From a virus (Duplodnaviria > Caudoviricetes): a stretch of 64,000 bases of DNA. How positions within the stretch are numbered: position 1 is the stretch's first letter; every line of letters begins with the position of its first letter. The stretch is from positions 1-64,000 of the IMG/VR virus record IMGVR_UViG_3300005838_000623; one strand, written 5' to 3'. Positions 18,801 to 27,800 of the stretch are shown one piece after another. Made by a program: the position numbers and the translations under genes. The notes under the pieces were generated by a model. It saw only the letters and a list, made by a program, of their open reading frames with translations. It did no database searches and was not told the DNA's origin.

Positions 18801-21800
18801 AGTGCTGAAATTCTAAAGTAACCATAATTTAAGTTACTTGGATCATTTTGTCTAAAAGTATATGTTGAACCTCTATATAGTGTAATATTGGGTCGTTCTA
18901 TACCATCAATATAAAAATCAGGACTACCTGTACTATCTAATACTACAGTTATAGCAAATATTTTGTTTTCATTAGGAGTTACTTTATCCTTAATTGTAAA
19001 TTTCCAACCCATATCTTTCCATTGAGTAGAATTTTGTTCAGTACCACTATAATACCATAATATATCTGGGGTATGCTCTGGTACAACAAGAACAGCATTA
19101 GCAGTGGCCGCACCAGGTATTGCTGACACAGAATATGAGTAACCTAATTCCCATTGCGCGCCACTTGAAATAGTAACTATTGGTAGTGATGCTGAAATTG
19201 CACTAAAATCATAACCAGTTGTGTCATGTCCAATAGAATCATATGTAGTTGTAGATGTAGTAGCATAATTACTGCCAGCAGTTAATACGTCAACACTGGT
19301 CACTTTCTTTGTATAATGATTATACCAATCAATCCAAGGTGTTGTAAGCATTCGAACATCGTCGTCCGCTTCATATACATTAGGTGATCTAAATAGTTTG
19401 TCTGTTGTATCATAATAACCTGGTAAATCAAAATCACTATTACCTATTTGTGGAAGTTCAGTATAATTGTAACGGAATACATGTTCTCTAATATTAGTTC
19501 TATATGGTTTCGCTTCATTAATATAATCTTTAATGCTATCTTCTATGTCATAACTGTAATTTACAAGTTCAGATAGTTTACGTACTGTTTGATTAATTGT
19601 TATAAAACTTGTCTTAAATGCCCAATCAACTCGCTGAGTTTGGTCATATAAAACATATTGAATTAATTCAAACCATAATTTATTAAATTCTATTGCTATT
19701 GAGCTTATAAACATTTCAGTATTCAAAGCATCTATAATATAATGAAGTTCTGTTAATGGTGTAGTTGTTGTATACAATGTTGTCTTAAATTTAATTGTAG
19801 CATTTTGTAGACCAATAACATCATATGTATCAGATGCAGTATTTGTATTCTTATATAATACCCATTTATTTTGTCCATCATTTAATACCTTAACTATATC
19901 GCCAAGTTTAGTGTCTAATTTTTTACGATCATTTTCTGTTGCAACCGTATAATCAACAATGGTATTAGCATTATAGCCAGTAGCATACCAGTCTATATAA
20001 TCCCAATATTTTGTTGTGTCATACTTTTGTTTCTTTTCAAAATTCCATCTATTTTCACTAGTATTCCACTGATATGTTGTCCAATAATTGCCTTTTGTTT
20101 CATCTTTTGTTATGAGTACTTTATAACCATTTGCAATTGTGCTTGTATTAATATAAGTTAGTTCAGTATATGTTGCTACGGTTTCACCGTAACCATATGT
20201 TGGTGCTTTTTCTGCTGATGAAATTTTTACTAGACTATAGTCTAATGCTATTTTATTTTTAGCAAATACGGTATTACAAAAGTTAACTAATACTTTAATA
20301 GCACCTAATCTATCAATAAACATACTTTGTCGTGGATATTCCATTATACCATAACGTGATCCAACATGCACGTTTAGATCTGGTACTAGGTTCTCTTTAG
20401 CATCTTTACCTGCTAAACTTTCTCCAAGTTTAGTAATTAGATAATTGTTTGGTTTGGACAGTGGGTTATTTGACTGAACTAATTGCCATTCTGTATGTAA
20501 AGGTATATCATTTTTAACAGTATCATATTCAATACTTAAAATAATATTATCAGCAGTTAAATTTGTCTGTAAGTTATGCCCAACAAACGCATTCGGCGCG
20601 GCAATACCTATATATTTTAATCCGTATTCTGTAGGATTTTTTAGTATTGTTGCGACAGTCTTTGCTGGCAATTTTCGTGTAGCGGCTGGAATAAAACTTT
20701 TTAATTCAAGTTCATTACCATACGCCGCAAATTTAATCTGTCCATTAGCGTCCAAATACGTTGTAGATACTTCTGGAACAGAAGTTTTGTTTTTAACCCA
20801 ATAATAATAGATTGGTTCTAAAGAATTTGTTGTAATATTATACTGCTGATATTCAACATATGCCGCATCGTTAGAGAATTTAGGCGTCCCGTCACCTCCA
20901 TTTATTACATATGATGATGGCAATGTATCACTTTCAACCCATTCGTATATATTAATTTGTGCACCGGGGAATAATTTACCCCAATTAAGTTTGCGATATT
21001 CCATATCACCCTGTTCGTAATCAATATATTTTGTATTGGTTAAATCCCACCATAATGTACCAACTTCATTTGGACCCCAGTGGTTATTTAGATCGTTAAC
21101 TACTGTTGTATCGGTTGTAATGTTATATACTGCTGGATCATATAACGTTTTAAAACTAATTTCCTCGTCAGCAATGCCTGGTATTTTACCTTTAATTGGA
21201 TCAATATAATCAATATAATCAATAAACGTATTAGATGATTTATCATATGTAATGACCTTATTAATAGTATTAATGTCTACCTTGTCATTTTGTGTACGTT
21301 TACTGTTCCATGAAATTTTGTTTAATTTGTTAGTCGCCTCCATAACAGAGCCAGTATTCTGTGTAAATTTCTTGACTGCTATCACTGATGTTGCAACTGG
21401 GATTACTGTAAATGTTACTGAGCTGTTTGGTGATGCATTATCACTACTATACTCTGATGTAAGCATTACCCTACCGTTCATTGTAATTTCTAAATCAGCA
21501 GTAGCAAATTGTCCTGTTAATGCATACGTCGATGCAATTCCATCCGCTGTTATTGTTTGTGTTGTATAATAATCGTCACCAGGAGCACCAATTAATGCTG
21601 TATTGCCAACCATTACTAAACCTGTGCCAAACTTATCATTCTTTCTACGTCCTGCCCAATCTACTCGCTGTATTAATGAATATGACAAATCAGTATTAAT
21701 ATCGTAAATTAATGCCGAACCAGAGTCTGCTTGTATATCAGAAATTATTGTATTCCCATTATCAAAAGTAGTAATGTTAGTGTCTAAAGACATAACAAAT

Positions 21801-24800
21801 TCACTAGAACTTGTCGGACTTCCGATTGTGATCATTGTTGCTGTATTATTAAATGCAATATGTTCACCATAATAAGCATTTTGCGGACCATCTGGGTGAC
21901 GCAATCCTGATTTATATGTGTATAGTGTTAGGCCGAATGCTGTAAACACTACATCACCATTCGTCGTGCCTGGACGTATTGTAAGTTTGGCATTAGCATC
22001 GGTTTTTGTACTAACAATTTTTAATTTATTATCACTTGTAGCAGATGCAGTTATGTGTGGAATTGCTTTTGTTGTGATATCACCTACTACATTAGATAAT
22101 GCTGTGCCAGTAAAGGTTACTTCAACATCATTAATGACGAGTTTATCACCAATACTCACAGTTGGATTGGCAACAGTACCAGTTATTATACCACTATGTT
22201 TGGCATCATCTATCCAGCATTCTACCTCACCAGAATTGGTTGCTGATACAGTTGAGTCTGTTACAACAATAAAGTCAGCGCCTGGTGAACCAATAGCAAT
22301 TATATGTCCGTCCACACCACACTCAACTTCCCTACCAAATTTCTCATTTAAATCTGTTACGTTGCTCTTAATATCTTGTATTTTAAAATAAGTATCGGTA
22401 GGTGTTTTACCCCAAACTTCGATAGCACCTGCTGATAATATTGTATTATCTGCTTTGTTTGGTTGTCCAATATATGCAATGGCACCATCATCACTTATAG
22501 CAACACTACGCCCAAAGTCTGTACCCGACACACCAGTAAATGTTTTAATGACACTATAGTAGTTTCCTTTCTTTATATGGATATTGTCAGTACCAGTTGG
22601 AGGAACAGTTATAAATGTAATTTGTGTAGCACTTAAAGTATAATCTAAAGCTTCAATCATAATTTGGCCATCTACAATTACAGTTAGTTCATTTGTGTTA
22701 CTATGTGTTGTTGTAGAAAATACAAACACATTAGTAGAATTGTCTCCATTAAAATATTCATTATTAGCAGTAACACCAGTGCTTAATTTATACATATATG
22801 CTTTAAGTTCACCTGGTGCACCTACTAATACGTATGTACCATTTTTACTTACAGCAACATCATAACCAAATAATCCGTTTGTTGTAGGACTTGATGAACG
22901 CATAATGTCAAATGGTTCGTATGTCTTGTCTGTTTTCTTTTTAAGTACGATAGCATAGCCTTCACCACTATTACTATTTGGAGCACTTGTTATAATATAG
23001 TCATCTGTGCTTGCCGTATCAAATTGCCAACCTGCCCAACCACTATTCTTCAATTTACTACCATCTATAACAGTATTGCTATATGTAAAATCTCCAGGTG
23101 TTAATGCAACTGTTAGTGCATTACTACCACCCGGATCTAATGGCACTGTGTCTGTTTCTAATGTTGGTATCTCTTTATATGTTGGTCCAATAATGTAAGG
23201 ATACACTACTGTTCCATCACTTTTAATTGTTAAGAAGTAAGCATAAGTTCCATCAGGATAATCTGGCGTTACACAGTAACGACCATTATGCTTATCTAAT
23301 GTACCTGCACTGGTAACAATACGATAATCTTGTATAAATGTTCCTACAGGATATTCTGTATATGTATAACCACGACCAGAAACTGGCTCTGGATAGGCTT
23401 TATATGTTGATGTCATACGTGTTGGCGTGGTTGTTGAATTTGTGGCAGTTGAGTAGCCAAATGGGCCATAGATTGGATAACCATCATATGCATAGCCTAG
23501 GATTTTGGAGTGCCCGTCAGTGTGCCTCCAGTGATCACCACTATAATTGGTGCCTTGATAATATGTATTTGCTTGATATACATGGTAATCCCATTGACTT
23601 AAAAATTTGCCGCTGTGGTAATGGTACTGATCATCTTCTTGCGGATGTCCATGTGAAGCATCCATACCAACTGCCGTTGCGTTTACTATACCGTTCCATT
23701 CAAATCCTGTTGGAGCAACACCCTTGGCTGGGCCATTATCGTTTGGTAGTGTTGCCGTTGCTGAAGGACTTGCAAATATAACGCCGTTTGCCGCAATACC
23801 AATACCACCTAGTGGTACAGTTACTTGTGGAGCTGCTGTAGTATTTGTTCCTACACGAGTTTTAAACGTATGTTTGTAATTGCGTGTTACAACTCTATTT
23901 GGATTTTTTCCATCTGCTGTGGGAAATGTTCCAAATGGTGCTGGGTGTGGTAATCCATCACTTTCTACTGTTAGTAAGTAACCTGAAGTACTTAATGTAC
24001 TTAATGTTTGTGATGTGATATCACTTACAAATATGCTTTTAACATCAAACACTGTAGCAACATCACGTGTCCATTGTTCAATATTACCTGCTGATGTTGT
24101 ATCATATACCGCACTAACTAATATTGTCGACAGGTCTTTATTGCCTGCGACACCTTGTCCAAATCCTGTATTAATTGTTTTACTATTAGGAAATAATTGT
24201 TTTCCTAATGTGTAAGGATCTTTCTTTTCAAGCATAGCCCATTTATTAGTACTATTATGATTATCAATCCAAGCATAGTCACCATCTTGCCAACCATATG
24301 TCGGTGATGTTCTATTGAGTAATGCAGAAGTAGTTGCATATCTGGAACTTTCTAATTTTAAAAATTCTCCAAAAGCAGGAAACGCGTCAACAGTGCCAGT
24401 AAGTTGAACAAATGCTATATTTTGTACGGTATTAGCATGTAATACTAAAGAATTGACACCAGTACTTGATAAGTTAGTTTTAACTTTATAAATTCCACTA
24501 TAGTCAGTACCATCAACTGCGTCAATAAATCGACGTAATATAATATAATCATTGGCTAATATGGTACCAACTGGATTTTTAAAACTTACTTTAATTTCAT
24601 TAATTGCTGGTGAAGAAATACTAGTTATGCTACCAAATGTTGCACTAATTCTATATACGTTCCAGTCATTTGAATTCTCTAGGTATGTTGATGGGTATGT
24701 AGTAGAATTTGCTACCCAAATTTTGTCTCCTATTTTAAAGGAATTCAAATATGTACTTTTAGCAGTGAGTTTTATAGCGTCATCGACACCAGTTACTACG

Positions 24801-27800
24801 TATTCTCCAGTTTGATATGAGCTTGGAGTCGTAAATACCGACTTAAACGAAACTACCATACCATTTGTTAAAGTTACAATAGATCCTGTTGTTGTAGTAT
24901 AAGATGATTTTCCAATTAGTTGGGTGGTTACATTTAATTGTTCGATGATAACTACTGCTACTTCTGGCACCCAATCCTCTAAACTTAATATTGTATGTTG
25001 TATGTCATCTAAGCGAGGATATCCGGCATCAGGCAAGTGGTCTCTTGTGCTAATATCTTCTGATAATTTTTTAAATATATTTTTATTAAACTGTCTTGGT
25101 TCTAATGGCTTTTGATATAAATCTTCAGGCCGATGAGTAATATTTGTATTCTTGTATTGTTCAGCAGTATTGATAACTTCAATTAATTCTGGATTATCAG
25201 TAAATTCATTTTCTTTTAATTTAAATTCAATTAATTGTGTACTTGCTACAGAACCATATTCACCAACTCTAAATGCCCATTCTTCGTATAAGTTAAGTGT
25301 GCTATCTATTGCTGGCAGTTTTGCTCTTAACAATTTATTAATAACAGATGAAGTTCCTTTTTCTTTAATAAATCCTTGGTAGAATTTCTTTTGTGCTACA
25401 TCATCAATTTGCAAATTTTCTAGGAACTTTCTCTTTTGGAAACCAATTAAGTTAGATGCTAAAGATGAGGTCTTAATAATACGCCCATCTTCTTCTATAT
25501 CATAATATCCCCTAAAATTATCTGCTTTAGAATCTAAATTGCTTAATAAACCATTGTTTACTTTTTCTAATTGTTTCCATTTACTATGATCAAATTTTTC
25601 TAATTCAATTAAATCATTAGGATTATGTGTTATTTTACTTGTGTAAAATTTACTTTTATATTTAATTATATCACCAATTTTGTAACTTGTATTCGCATCC
25701 CATTCATTTACAGAATCATCTAATAATACATATCCTGGTAATTGTTGTGTTCCATCCCATAACTCAGTTCTATATCCGATAAGTTTAATTCTATTTTGTC
25801 GACTGCCAGTCATTTGTGACCAAATAACATCTTTAAATACAGTCTCATTTTCAATAATTAACAGATGTTCTGTTTGTATTGGATTTAATTGAGCCGAATA
25901 TATACCATCAATTTCTGGACTAGCACTTAATTCAAAAACGTTATCTATACGACTATAAAATAAATCATTTACTATAATACGTTCCTTATTTTGGTTCAAT
26001 ACATTAGTTGGCAACATATTATTTGCTAATTTATCGATTTGTGATGATGTTAAATTTAATTTAATTTTATTACTACCAGCACTTAATGATATTAGCGATC
26101 CAACATTAAAATTACTCAAAGTCCAAAATAAAAACTCATTTGCTGTATTATTCCAATCTTCTATTAATCCAAAACTATTTGTTATGTTGTCAAACACAAA
26201 CCCTATATTTTCTAAATATCGTCCATAACTAATTAGAAAATCAAATGTTTCTTGAATTGAATTATATTCTTTGCCATATGGAATTGATACTGGTTCTGTT
26301 TCCCATTCATCATAACGTACCGCACCAATACCACCAGTTTTGGGTAACGCGTCTAATTTATAATAGTTGCCTCTATCTGTTTCCAGATCCGATGCTGTAA
26401 AATCAGCCGTTACCATGTAAAACTCATTACCAATTTTTATTACATCACCTGTTTTATATGATTGTCCTGTGAGATAATCAATAAATGCTGATTCTAAACC
26501 ACCAATAGACACATTTATTTTTTTATTAGTAGTGACTATACTTGGCAATATTTTAAAATGTGGTTGACTAGTGTTATATCCATTAATTTTATATCCATTA
26601 ATTGTTTTTTCAAGTATAACACCACTATAATTAACACTTTCGATAGGACTACTTTCCAGTAAATGTAAATTATAGTCTTCTTGTGGTATAAAAATATCTG
26701 TTGTAGATTTAGATGGAGATATTTGTTCTAATACAATCTTTAATTTGTCTTTGTCAGTAAATCCTGCCATTTTAACTGCTAGATTAAGATTTAAATGATT
26801 TAATTCCCAATTAAATTTTGTAGTACTAATACCTAACTGCTTTGCATAATCAATTATCCAGTTATTATAGCCTAATGTATAATCAACTGATAAGTCTGTA
26901 TTAACATATGAATTGGTTTTAACGCTATTAGGTACAATTGGTAAATTTGTTATTTTATCAATTTTATGTCCTATTGCGCTGGTTGATAACTTACTCGGAT
27001 CAAACATTAATTCAAAATATTTTGCTGGCTTTGTTAGTGCTAATAATAATTGTACAGCATATGGATAATAACTGGATCGGCGCCAAGCAGTTTCTGCTGG
27101 GCCGTGATCACCAATTGTAAAATTAGCCGCTAAATCAGTATCTATAGGACCAAGTATGCCAATGGCTTGTGGTGTTTTTAACTTACCAGTAGCATCTGTT
27201 GGAATATAATTAGCAACCATGCCGGTGCGTTTGTATTCATCATACGTGCCTGCCCTGCTACCACTTACAATTTTTCCTGCTTCTAAGTCTGCCCACAGCA
27301 CTAGGTTATCTCCAGTGTATGGAGCAGGACCGTATGTTGTTTCCCACCAACTTGGTTTAATAGTAAAGCCAAGCATTTCCCAAGGATGTGAATGTGGACG
27401 ATCTGTGTCGTAAAAATATTTATAAACGCCGCGCCAATATCCTGGCAATGCTTCCGTTCCGCCAAATCTGTCTTTTACTTGACTAAAATTCCAAGTAAAA
27501 TCATTAGTACCGGCATATACTGTATTTTTGGTATAATCAACATTAAAGTGATTTGCCCATTTTGAAAAATGCATTGCTAAAATATTATTATTTTGTGCTA
27601 ATGTATATGTTGTTGGTCTATATTTTGTCGGGAAGGTGTCCGTTAATTTAATTAAATCTATATCGTAAACTGCTTTTATATTATTATAAATTCGGTTCTC
27701 TAATTCTAATAATAAATTATCTCTATAGTCATTATATGCTGGTGTAATAGAACCGTCATGTCCTTGTATTACGTTAATAGCAACAGTATATGTATCATCA

